Part shown: positions 57,001 to 64,000 of the stretch, piece by piece
How positions within the stretch are numbered: position 1 is the first letter of the stretch
Layout: each line of letters begins with the position of its first letter
Origin: Candidatus Limiplasma sp.
GTDB lineage: Bacteria > Bacillota > Clostridia > Christensenellales > Aristaeellaceae
Reading direction: 5' to 3'
Length of the DNA stretch: 64,000 nt
Assembly (NCBI GenBank): GCA_963666755.2
Contig: CAXXGW010000002.1
Span: 41,606 to 105,605, forward strand
Notes under the pieces: model-generated
The model's input: only the letters and a program-made list of their open reading frames with translations
Told to the model about the DNA's origin: nothing
Database searches by the model: none
Position numbers and translations under genes: made by a program

Positions 57001-57662
57001 TGGCCATCGGCGGTGTGGTGCTGCTGGGCGGCGCGGGCGGCGTATACGCCTACGCCCTGAACCAGAACAAGAAGCGCCGTCTGGCTGCCCGCGCGGCCAG
57101 CACCCGCCGTAACGTACCGCCCGCAGGTGTCGCAGGCGCAACAGGCGCAACGGCGGCCGGCAGCACCAGCCCCTATGCGCGGCGTGCCGTTGCGGCACCC
57201 CCGGCGGCGGGCTCCACCCAGCGGCAGGATCAAAGCGGCACGGGCGCAGCGCCGCGCGCCAACCCGTATGCGCAGCCCGCGCAACCCGCCAACCCTTACG
57301 CACGGCCCGCGAACCCGGCGGAAGGCGGCGCGGAGAACCCTTATGTAAGGCCCGTACAGCCTGCAAACCCCTATGCGCAGCCCATCGCAGGCGAAACCCA
57401 GCCCGCCAACCCCTACGCGCGGCCCACAGGCGCGCCGCGCACGCCTGGTGCCGCCCCACAGGCCGCGCCCACTGAGCCCACGCGGGCTGCCAACCCTTAC
57501 GCACAGCCCCGCACGCCTGTGGACCCGTACGCGCAGCGCTCGCCTTCCAACCCCTACGCAAGCACTCCGCAGGGCGAAACCACCGAGCCGGTGAACCCCA
57601 CGCCGCGGCGCACCACCCGCATGAGCCGCCACCAGAACCCGGATGATTCCGGCGAGGCCTGA
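54009..57662 (+). CDS. 1217-aa cell-surface protein: signal peptide, MucBP-like modules, (PTTDT)n and (SP)n linkers, several SH3b domains, C-terminal TM and Pro-rich tail
   Basis: AAGGAGGG lies upstream of ATG 54009. At least four SH3_3-like units are present (e.g. ANFRTETSTSSAKAFADVSNGAYLWVYG…, TVNFRAEPSSSAAKLKTLKQYAF…). The TM is GWVGLAIGGVVLLGGAGGVYAYAL, followed by NPYA(Q/R)P repeats. Confidence 0.8.
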   Translation: MKSHAVSPLRRLTAGLVTLALLLWQLALPVYAFALTQDEIAAMPTVTVNFQTAEGGPVNQLAATPTTDATGKAYWITLPAEAFSYPVTLSIVPSAAAPTYTFTPDASTPVQLPPSPSDYTGESVLLTAYQDGVVMEEYHLYLSTATMPAEVPPATVPVTYVDAADPNIVLYSEMFTAYYNTDNVVMADSSHVPDGYTLQGDNGAYVTVDETGTPSPASVTFYFAKAAVKGTVTVYYTDLGGNELASPQTLTLDPGTYPISPDLNLVPAGYTLSDTTPAPVEVTIGSDGVASREAITFEFAETVVETTTPVTDTPTTEAPQTETPTTDTPTTDTPTTDTPTTDTPPETTTPVETTAPVLTPVNLYAQVSSSTANFRTETSTSSAKAFADVSNGAYLWVYGTLVVPDDKGVDVTWAKIAYNGTDCYVWYSLISVLSQEDSDAYNYAQPSPVPGTETQAPVETTASPSPSPSPSPLPAQVTGYFYTLAEAPMVAGAGSDTILATLPANTGVYVEGQNYLDSVAWHKVTYQGTAGYIREDYLRMMTADEVTAFLTTPSPSPSPSLSPSPSPTDSPSPSPSPSVSPSVSPSESPSASPSPSVSPSPSPLPQYVGYAVTTAQTALRDNASLDDSSIIVTLPVNTLLVLNGQTTLNGVVWTGAQTRLGTNYIGILQDASVQRITDAQAQALIDAYNAAHATPTPTVTPTPTPVPAQLSGYYITLGTVPLRTVNSNYADVTLWLAANTVVNVSGQVYNEGYGWHVSTYGQYVGYIRADQMRKLSDAEVEAYKKTLSTPTPTPASTAQPYNPYADSSYGYVSSSTVNFRAEPSSSAAKLKTLKQYAFALILGSKTVNGTLWYNINQAGTTGWVDGRYFQVLNLSELSTFLNSSNYLAGLTNNSTSGSSSSSSSGSTSSTSGGSSASASQGQVSSVEDWNVGVWKNPSAGLSASYEPFNPYATPTAPLVSASPTPSPTPTFVVGTMIPIPYEEASTETQTGGSGWVGLAIGGVVLLGGAGGVYAYALNQNKKRRLAARAASTRRNVPPAGVAGATGATAAGSTSPYARRAVAAPPAAGSTQRQDQSGTGAAPRANPYAQPAQPANPYARPANPAEGGAENPYVRPVQPANPYAQPIAGETQPANPYARPTGAPRTPGAAPQAAPTEPTRAANPYAQPRTPVDPYAQRSPSNPYASTPQGETTEPVNPTPRRTTRMSRHQNPDDSGEA

Positions 57663-57709
57663 GCCACACGCGCGCCCCGGAGCGCACGCATCCATTGAAC
57701 CCAAACCCC

Positions 57710-57747
57710 AGCGCGCCCTCCCGGATGTTCCGGGGGGCGCGCTTTTA
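57710..57747 (+). terminator. rho-independent terminator
   Basis: AGCGCGCCC…GGGCGCGCT stem followed by TTTT. Confidence 0.7.
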
Positions 57748-58185
57748 CTGTGGCTTGAACGTTTTGCATCCACCATTTGCGCCGGTGTGCAACAGGAGCA
57801 TTCGCTGTCAGGCAAGGGCAAAGCGAATAACAACTCATACGTTTTTCGCAGAATAAGGGCATGGCTTCTGGCTCGTTTACGCGCGGTTGGGCAGGCATTG
57901 CACTTGAAATATCGTTCCGTGCGTCCTGAGACGCAGCCCGGCTGATCGCCTTGGAGGCGCGGCGCATGCCATCGGCTGTGCCGGTGGTTTTCATTTGCGG
58001 AAATCGCTTCGGCGCCGTAAACCCGCACGCTCCACAGGGGGAGCGCTGTCTACGGCAGGTTCGGCGGCGCGGCGGTGGCCGCCGTAACCCCGTACGCCCC
58101 ACAGGGGGAACGCCGCCCAGACACACGGGGCCGAATCGCGGTTGCCGTGTGCGTTCAGACTGTCAAAAAACTCAGCAAATCGCTA

Positions 58186-58395
58186 CTGCCGCTCGCCTCA
58201 CAGTGCTTGCGCTGCTGTTCGCCCGATTGCGCCATATGTTGCGATAAAAAACTTTGGGGCTTTGCTCCGGGCGTTCAAGCTTCGCAGGCTGCACGGACGT
58301 TGGTCTGCTCGTTTCACGCCCCGTCTGCGGGTCGCTTTCGCCTGCTGCGAGGCGACCCCTGCCGCACACTTCCCTTTGGCGGCAAAACCTCACCA
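58186..58395. repeat. solo mosaic repeat modules (degenerate A-type piece + inverted B-type module)
   Basis: CCGCTCGCCTCACAGTGCTTGCGCTGCTGTTCGCCCG, then the reverse complement of the B-type module (…GCTCGTTTCACGCCCCGTCTGCGGGTCGCTTTCGCC…). Confidence 0.75.
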
Positions 58396-58750
58396 AGAGT
58401 TACGATCTTAGCACCTGTCAAGGGTCTTTATCCCTTGAATCCTCTTATTCACAGCTTGAGCGCCCAACCATCTTTAGACGGCCGGGCGCTTTGTATTTTC
58501 CCTGTCGCGTCGGGGCGCGCAAGGCAGGCGGCGCTGCCTTTTTGCGGGGCGCGCGCAGGCTCTTTGGCAAATATGGCTTACAGTCTGTACATCACAACCA
58601 ACGGTCGTGGTATCCTACGAGCGGTAAACCGCCTCTTGCAGCAGTGCGGATCGTTTCGGGGCAATGAAAAGCGAAGGGCAGAGGCATTCCGGCCGTCCGG
58701 CGGCCGGAGGGTGTGAAACTCATATTTCAGGCGATGCGGAGGGATAGCGG

Positions 58751-58861
58751 GTGTTTGAAAAGATCGTGGCCCTGCTGGAACGGATTGACGATGAACAGCT
58801 TCTGGAAGCCATCTACTGGTATGTGGAACGCAACCTTGTACGCAAACCACCCAAGCGCTGA
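58751..58861 (+). CDS. 36-aa small ORF (not in the ORF track)
   Basis: GTG start 7 nt after GGAGGG. Reads VFEKIVALLERIDDEQLLEAIYWYVERNLVRKPPKR*. No homology is recognisable by eye. Confidence 0.3.
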   Translation: MFEKIVALLERIDDEQLLEAIYWYVERNLVRKPPKR

Positions 58862-58991
58862 GCCGACCCCGCGCGGCGTATTTGGCCGCGCGAGGGCACG
58901 GCAGACCGGTCGCGGGCCGCCACGGACGGCTACGGCTGACCCCGGCCCATCCGGGCGCGCAAAGGCTCGTTTGCGCCGCGTGCCCGTGTTT

Positions 58992-59369
58992 TCAGCGCCG
59001 GGGATGCGAGGCGTCGTACAGCCGATCCACCATGGCGCCGATGCGCTCCCACGCTTCGGCGGGCAGGTCCGCCAGTTCCCGAAAGACCGTTTTCACAAAC
59101 GCGTTATCCCCGGTCATAATCCGCTCCAGCTTATCCAGCACCATCATGTTTTCCGGCACGTCCCGCGGCTCCTGCCCATAGCGAAGCCAATCGTAGCTGA
59201 TGGCCAGATCGCGGCACAGCAGGCGCACCACCGCCTCCGGCGGTTCCACGCGGCCACTCTCCCAGGAGGCGACCACATCCCGCGTAACCCCAATGCGCGC
59301 CGCGAACGCGGTTTGCGTCAGCTTCATGTCGTGGCGGATTTGCCGTATCCGTTCCTTCACACCCAACAC
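58992..59369 (-). CDS. XRE-family HTH transcriptional regulator (cI-like)
   Basis: IRQIRHDMKLTQTAFAARIGVTRDVVASWESGRVEP is a canonical HTH_3 domain. 125 aa. Confidence 0.9.
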   Translation of the reverse strand: MLGVKERIRQIRHDMKLTQTAFAARIGVTRDVVASWESGRVEPPEAVVRLLCRDLAISYDWLRYGQEPRDVPENMMVLDKLERIMTGDNAFVKTVFRELADLPAEAWERIGAMVDRLYDASHPRR

Positions 59370-59382
59370 CCCCGTTGTCCGT

Positions 59383-59610
59383 ATTGTAGCATCGAAAAAT
59401 GTGTTTGTCTACACATTTTCGAATTGGATTGTGTTGACAGCTCCCTACTTATCGTCTATAATGTGTACAATTCCACATTCGATGATGGCATGAAACGCCG
59501 ATGTACGCTTGTTGCAAGGCCGTTTTTATCTCTGTTGCCGTCCTGTCCTTCTCCCAGCCTTGCAGCCTTCGATTCCATGACGGTATTATCAATGTGTATT
59601 GGTACACATT
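59383..59610. promoter_or_regulatory. divergent promoter pair with three AATGTGT-N(4-6)-ACACATT operators
   Basis: Plus-strand promoter: TTGACA (59434-59439), 17 nt, TATAAT (59457-59462). Minus-strand promoter: TAGACA (59406-59411), 17 nt, TACAAT (59383-59388). Operators: O1 59392-59422, O2 59460-59479 (overlaps the -10), O3 59591-59610 (just before the RBS). Confidence 0.75.
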
Positions 59611-59640
59611 CTATAGATGCTCCGGAAAGGAGGCGGCCCG

Positions 59641-59838
59641 ATGCCCAACCCACCGCGCCCCGAAATCCCGCTTGCACAACGGCTGCAAGCCATAGACAGC
59701 CGTCTGCCCGCCTTGCCGCGCGAGCAGCAGAATCTGGTCGCCGCCTACGCGCGCGGCCTTGCGGACGGGCTGGCGCTGCGGCGCAGCGGCGTACGCGCCC
59801 AACCGCCCGCCCAGCGCCGCACACGCGGCGGCGGGTAG
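59641..59838 (+). CDS. 65-aa hypothetical protein, first gene of the XRE-controlled transcript
   Basis: GGAAAGGAGG lies 7 nt upstream of ATG 59641. Reads MPNPPRPEIPLAQRLQAIDSRLPALPREQQNLVAAYARGLADGL…. No recognisable domain. Confidence 0.45.
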   Translation: MPNPPRPEIPLAQRLQAIDSRLPALPREQQNLVAAYARGLADGLALRRSGVRAQPPAQRRTRGGG

Positions 59839-59961
59839 TCCGTCTAACCCCGCCCATACAAAACCCGCCGGAACGGGATTCCGGCAGGCAGATTGACAGG
59901 GGACACGCCCCTTACTCAATTAAATATACCATAATTACCATCATTTGGCAAGGAGAAATCA

Positions 59962-60498
59962 ATGTTTTTTCCCTGTATGCCGCATAAAACGGCAATTTTC
60001 TCCATTTCGGGCGTTCGGCTATGCAGTGCCTCCCTATTGGTATTCTGGTTTGCCGTATTTTGCATGCCGGACGCTACCTACGCGAATGCTGAACCCGCCG
60101 AGAGCACTTACTATGCGCTGGTCGCCGAGGAGAGTTGCCTGAACGTGCGCGAGCGCCCCACTCCAGGCGCCGCCATCGTATTGCGCCTGACTCGCGGGGA
60201 TACGGTCACCCTCTGCGCGCTGCAATCCGATGGCTGGGCGTGCATCGACCGCGCCGGAGACCCCGGGTATTGCCGGATCGAGTACCTGACCGATACGCCG
60301 CCCGCCGAGCCGGTGCCCGCGCTAACCGTTTTACCACAGGTTCGGGTGCGTGCCCTACCGGGCGGCAAATCTCTTGCCAGGCTCCGCAAAGGCACGTCGG
60401 TGTCCGTCTGCGGTTGGGTATCGGACGCGCAGGGCGTGCGCTGGGCTAACACCGGCAGCGGCTTCATCCGCGCCGACTGTCTGGCCGCAGTGCCCTGA
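59962..60498 (+). CDS. secreted protein with two SH3b-like domains
   Basis: AAGGAGA lies 6 nt upstream. Has a hydrophobic signal-like N-terminus and two units of the type CLNVRERPTPGAAIVLRLTRGDTV… / VRVRALPGGKSLARLRKGTSV…. Confidence 0.6.
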   Translation: MFFPCMPHKTAIFSISGVRLCSASLLVFWFAVFCMPDATYANAEPAESTYYALVAEESCLNVRERPTPGAAIVLRLTRGDTVTLCALQSDGWACIDRAGDPGYCRIEYLTDTPPAEPVPALTVLPQVRVRALPGGKSLARLRKGTSVSVCGWVSDAQGVRWANTGSGFIRADCLAAVP

Positions 60499-60545
60499 GC
60501 CGCCGCATAACCCTGTAAAACCCTCATCAGAAAGGTGGCCTCGCT

Positions 60546-61019
60546 ATGCAACCCCGACTCTGGCGCACGGAAGACTCCCTGCCTGTAAAGCGATATCTGA
60601 TGGAATATCTGGCCATGTGCCAGCGGCGCGACGCGCTTACCGCCGAGCTGGAGCGTTTACGTGCCGCAACCCTGCGCGCCACCGCCCGTTTGGATCCTGC
60701 CTGCGTGCAGACTTCGCGCAATCCGTCCTCCGGCGAGGATGCCCTGATCCGGGTGGTCGACGGCGAAGCGCGGCTGCAGGAGATCATCACCCACATTGGC
60801 GACGCGCTGGCCGCGCGCCTGTGTTTGCTGGAAGCCTTGCCCGACGAGCGGCAAAAGACAATCTTAACACTGCGCTACATTCGCGGCATTGCCTGGGAGA
60901 AGATCGGGTATGCCATGCATTACGAGCGCACACAGGTTTTTGAAATCCACAATCAGGCGCTTCGCGCAGCGCAAGTGGTTCTGGATGGGCTGGAGGAGCC
61001 GCACGAGGGGACATATTAA
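60546..61019 (+). CDS. sigma-70 region-4-like HTH protein (DUF1492 / phage late-regulator-like)
   Basis: C-terminal ERQKTILTLRYIRGIAWEKIGYAMHYERTQVFEIHNQALR resembles a sigma region 4 HTH. Length is ~157 aa. AAAGGTGG lies upstream. Confidence 0.55.
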   Translation: MQPRLWRTEDSLPVKRYLMEYLAMCQRRDALTAELERLRAATLRATARLDPACVQTSRNPSSGEDALIRVVDGEARLQEIITHIGDALAARLCLLEALPDERQKTILTLRYIRGIAWEKIGYAMHYERTQVFEIHNQALRAAQVVLDGLEEPHEGTY

Positions 61020-61039
61020 TCATTATAGGCGGAAAAAAA

Positions 61040-61950
61040 CGGGTCAAGGGCCGCTGGCCCTTGCGGGGTCTGGGGCAGCGCCCCAGCGTACCCCGGGCTT
61101 TCTCAAAAAGCGTAGCGAGCGAACAGCGCCGCAGGCGCTATGAGGCGAGCGGGTGCGGCCCACAGCCTGAGCCCTTCCAAAGTTAAATAGCACAGGCCGG
61201 GGCGATCGCCCCGGCCTTGTCTGTTGCATAAAATAGCTATTCTCTCAGTGCGGATAAGGATGCGCCCTTGCCCCGATGCAGCCTGAGCAATCCATGCAGC
61301 CCGCCCCCGCGCGCCTCATAGCGCCTTCGGCGCTGTTCGCGCGCTACGCACTCTCGCTGCGGCTTGGGCCAAAGGGTTTCACCCTTTGGAAACCTGACAA
61401 GGGCCAGCTGCCCTTGACCCATTTCCGCCGCGGCGGGTGCAATGTACCTTCCATAATGCATGCAAAGTGTATTCCCCGCGCGCCTCATAGCGTTTTCGGC
61501 GCTGTTCGCGCGCTACGCACTCTCGCTGCGGCTGGGGCCAAAGGGTTTCACCCTTTGGAAACCTGACAAGGGCCAGCGGCCCTTGACCCGTTTCCGTTGC
61601 GGCGGGTGCAAAGCATCTTCCATAATGCACGCAAAGTGTATTCCCCGCGCGCCTCATAGCGCCTGCGGCGCTGTTCGCGCGCTACGCACTCCCGCTGCAG
61701 CTTGGGCCAAAGGGTTTCACCCTTTGGAAACCTGACGAGGGCCAACGGCCCTTGACCCGTTTCCGCTGCGGCGGGCGCAAAGCACCTTCCATAATGCACG
61801 CAAAGTGCTTTCCCCGCGCGCCTCATAGCGCCTCCGGCGCTGTTCGCGCGCTACGCGCTTCGCTGCGGCTGAAGGCCTTGGGCTTCGCCCAAACCCACCA
61901 AAGGGTTTCACCCTTTGGAAACCGGACAAGGGCCAGCGGCCCTTGACCCA
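61040..61950. repeat. A-type mosaic hairpin-module array, mirror arrangement: 1 variant unit, central hairpin, 4 tandem 169-bp units in reverse orientation
   Basis: The central GGCCGGGGCGATCGCCCCGGCC is at 61195-61216. CCTCATAGCG landmarks fall at 61314, 61483, 61652 and 61821 (exact 169-bp period). Confidence 0.9.
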
Positions 61951-61971
61951 TTTCTTCTCTATCTCCCCTGT

Positions 61972-63003
61972 TCAGGTACTGTCTTTTTCCACAAAGCCCC
62001 ACGGCATCACCACCGGTTCCTGCGGCTGGCCGTCAATCATCCGCATCAGCATATGCACCGCCTCCGCGCCAAGCCGCTGCTTGGGGTGATCCAGCGAGGT
62101 GATCCGCACCGCCGCCAAATCCGCCATGGTGCTATTGTCAAAGCTAATGATGGCCAGATTCCCCGGCACCAATTTCCCGGCCCGCAAGAGCAGGTTTAAC
62201 AGCGGCACCGCCACCTCGTCGTTATAGCAGACCACGGCTGTGCAGCCCGCCGTTACGCTCAGGCCGTACTGATCCACCATGTCCGCGCGCGTCGCGGTGG
62301 AAAACCACAGCACGCGGTCGTCCATCAGCTCCAGCCCATGTTCCTGCAGCGCGTCGGCATAGCCCAGGTAGCGCTCGTGCCCCTGCCGATCGTCATACTT
62401 AAAAATACCGGCAATGCGCGTATGCCCTTTCCGGATCAGGAAATTGGTCGCATCGTACCCGCCGCGCCGATCCTCCGTGACAATGTAAGGGATGCCTGCC
62501 AAATCCCGGTAGAAGCCGTTCAGGAACACAATCGGCACCCCGTGCTCCTTCAGCTTGCGGTACATGTCCAAATTCGGGTTGGGCAGGGCGCTTTTGGTGC
62601 CCTCCACCAGCAGCCCGTCGATCGGCTTATCAAACAGGGCATGCAGCACGCGGCTTTCGCTGTCCACCCGGTTATTGGTGGCAAACAGCATCGGCGTATA
62701 GCCGCGCAGGCTCAACGCCTCCTGTATGCCCGCCAGGATACTGGGCAGGATGTATTCGCTGATGTAGGTGCTGACCACCGCCACGTTATGCCCGCGTTCG
62801 GCGCGCTTCTGCACGCCGCGCACATACGTGCCGCTGCCGCGGATACGCTCGGTCAGCCCTTCGGTGGCCAGTATGCCCAACGCCTGCCGCACCGTCTGGC
62901 GGCTACAGCTATACTGCACCGTCAGCTCGTTTTCCGAGGGCAGCTTCTCCCCCCGCACGTATTGGCCGTTGCGGATGGCGGCGCGCAATGCGTCGGTCAG
63001 CAC
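61972..63003 (-). CDS. GntR-family HTH regulator with LacI/PBP1-type sugar-binding domain (AraR-like)
   Basis: LPSENELTVQYSCSRQTVRQALGILATEGLTERIRGSGTYV is a GntR wHTH. It is followed by a periplasmic-binding-protein-like domain. The true start is probably a few codons upstream (see finding). Confidence 0.85.
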   Translation of the reverse strand: MLTDALRAAIRNGQYVRGEKLPSENELTVQYSCSRQTVRQALGILATEGLTERIRGSGTYVRGVQKRAERGHNVAVVSTYISEYILPSILAGIQEALSLRGYTPMLFATNNRVDSESRVLHALFDKPIDGLLVEGTKSALPNPNLDMYRKLKEHGVPIVFLNGFYRDLAGIPYIVTEDRRGGYDATNFLIRKGHTRIAGIFKYDDRQGHERYLGYADALQEHGLELMDDRVLWFSTATRADMVDQYGLSVTAGCTAVVCYNDEVAVPLLNLLLRAGKLVPGNLAIISFDNSTMADLAAVRITSLDHPKQRLGAEAVHMLMRMIDGQPQEPVVMPWGFVEKDST

Positions 63004-63146
63004 CAGATACTTATAACGATCGATACGCGTCGCCTCCTTTCCGCCGTGCCCGAGGGCGTTTTCCCGTTTGGCAAAGCGCCGTCAACCCGCTGTATCCGGT
63101 TGGCGGCGCCATGCCTTCCGTCCCACCGAACGGGGCCGGGCGCGGG

Positions 63147-64000
63147 TTATTTCTTATTTTTACTCAGCACGTCGAAGGCGACCGCCATCAGCAGCACGAA
63201 GCCCTTGATGGCCTGCTGCCAGTCGATGGAGATGCCCATGATGGACATACCGTTGTTCAGCACGCCCATGATCAGGCCGCCGACGATACAGCCGAACACC
63301 GTGCCGATACCGCCGCTGGCGGACGCGCCGCCGATGTAGCAGCTGGCGATGGCGTCCAGCTCAAAGTTGACGCCCGCTTTCGGCGTGGCGGCGTTTAACC
63401 GGCCCGCGAACACGATGCCCGCAATGGCCGAAAGCACGCCCATGTTCACGTACACCCAGAAGAACACCCGCTTGGTCTTAATGCCCGACAGCCGCGCGGC
63501 CTTCTCGTTTCCGCCGAAGGCGTAAATATGGCGGCCGATGGTGGTCTTGCTGGTTACAAAGGTGTAAATCAGGATCAGTACGCCCAGCAGCACCAGCACC
63601 GTGGGGATGCCTTTATAATCGTTCAGCCAGAAGCTGAACAGGTTGATGGCGGACACCATCAGCACGATTTTGACCGTCAGCAGCGCGGGCGTGAGCACCG
63701 CAAACCCGTAGCGGCGCATTTCCTTGCGCTTGCGCAGTTCGCTGATCACAAACAGGACGCTGGCCAGCAGGCCGATGGCAAGGGTCAGCAGGTTCAGCTG
63801 CTTGCCGAACAGCATCATGGGGCCTGTGACGTCGGTGACCACATCCGGCAGGAACCCGGCGGACAGCGACGTATACACATCCGGGAACGGCGCTTTGGTC
63901 TGCCCTTTCAGGATAACCATCGTAAGCCCGCGGAAAATCAGCTGCCCAGCCAGCGTCACAATAAACGCCGGGATGTTTACATAGGAAATCCAGAAGCCCT
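63147..64000 (-). CDS. monosaccharide ABC transporter permease (RbsC/XylH-type), 5' end outside window
   Basis: BPD_transp_2-type polytopic protein (…GGNEKAARLSGIKTKRVFFWVYV…ASCYIGGASASGGIGTV…). The reading frame stays open through 64000. Confidence 0.85.
   Translation of the reverse strand, partial: GFWISYVNIPAFIVTLAGQLIFRGLTMVILKGQTKAPFPDVYTSLSAGFLPDVVTDVTGPMMLFGKQLNLLTLAIGLLASVLFVISELRKRKEMRRYGFAVLTPALLTVKIVLMVSAINLFSFWLNDYKGIPTVLVLLGVLILIYTFVTSKTTIGRHIYAFGGNEKAARLSGIKTKRVFFWVYVNMGVLSAIAGIVFAGRLNAATPKAGVNFELDAIASCYIGGASASGGIGTVFGCIVGGLIMGVLNNGMSIMGISIDWQQAIKGFVLLMAVAFDVLSKNKK

Noticed and set aside
53928-58028. A 1366-aa ORF on the minus strand opposite the SH3b surface-protein gene
   Set aside because: It is antisense to a gene with a signal peptide, an RBS and recognisable SH3b repeats. 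The translation is Arg/Gly-rich nonsense.
58751-61019. Calling this region an intact prophage or mobile island
   Set aside because: Only regulatory-type and small genes are present. No integrase, replication, packaging, structural or lysis genes and no att-like direct repeats were seen. At most it is a remnant.

Overview
This is a 64-kb, high-GC (about mid-60s % by eye) chromosomal segment. It looks like a Gram-positive-type strict anaerobe, most consistent with a Clostridia/Oscillospiraceae-like gut bacterium. Supporting signs are GGAGG-type Shine-Dalgarno sites, TTGACA/TATAAT promoters, rubredoxin, the class III ribonucleotide reductase NrdD, lipobox lipoproteins, and SH3b and PG-binding wall proteins.

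Coding content:
- azlCD and an ABC-2 exporter (1 ATPase + 2 permeases)
- a CUT1-like sugar ABC importer with two double-size binding proteins, tightly followed by HlyD-like and MacB-like genes
- tRNA-Leu(UAA) and an EamA transporter
- a small surface-glycan module (GT2, DegT aminotransferase, Wzx flippase, ATP-grasp)
- wall enzymes, two GT-C-like membrane proteins, a DUF4445/RACo-like protein
- miaA, a PP2C phosphatase, nagA, nrdD, gyrB-gyrA
- a 1217-aa SH3b surface protein, an XRE-controlled mini-module, and a GntR/PBP1 regulator next to a sugar ABC permease

I saw no cas genes, transposases, integrases, rRNA or recognisable defence genes. The unusual signals are non-coding:
1. A ~160-bp structured element with its own promoter occurs in three copies. 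Two copies are bracketed by a locus-specific duplicated terminator hairpin.
2. Mosaic hairpin-module repeats fill at least seven intergenic regions (~4 kb by hand tally). They form 168-169-bp tandem units arranged as large inverted repeats around a GGCCGGGGCGATCGCCCCGGCC hairpin.
3. A 1.5-kb ORF-poor, lower-GC region between nrdD and a flavoprotein gene carries about nine same-orientation DnaA-box-like 9-mers. It could be an origin or a DnaA-titration/regulatory locus.
4. Several operator-like or iteron-like arrays and tandem leader repeats are present.

All calls come from manual reading. Start codons are +/- a few codons and no database search was possible.
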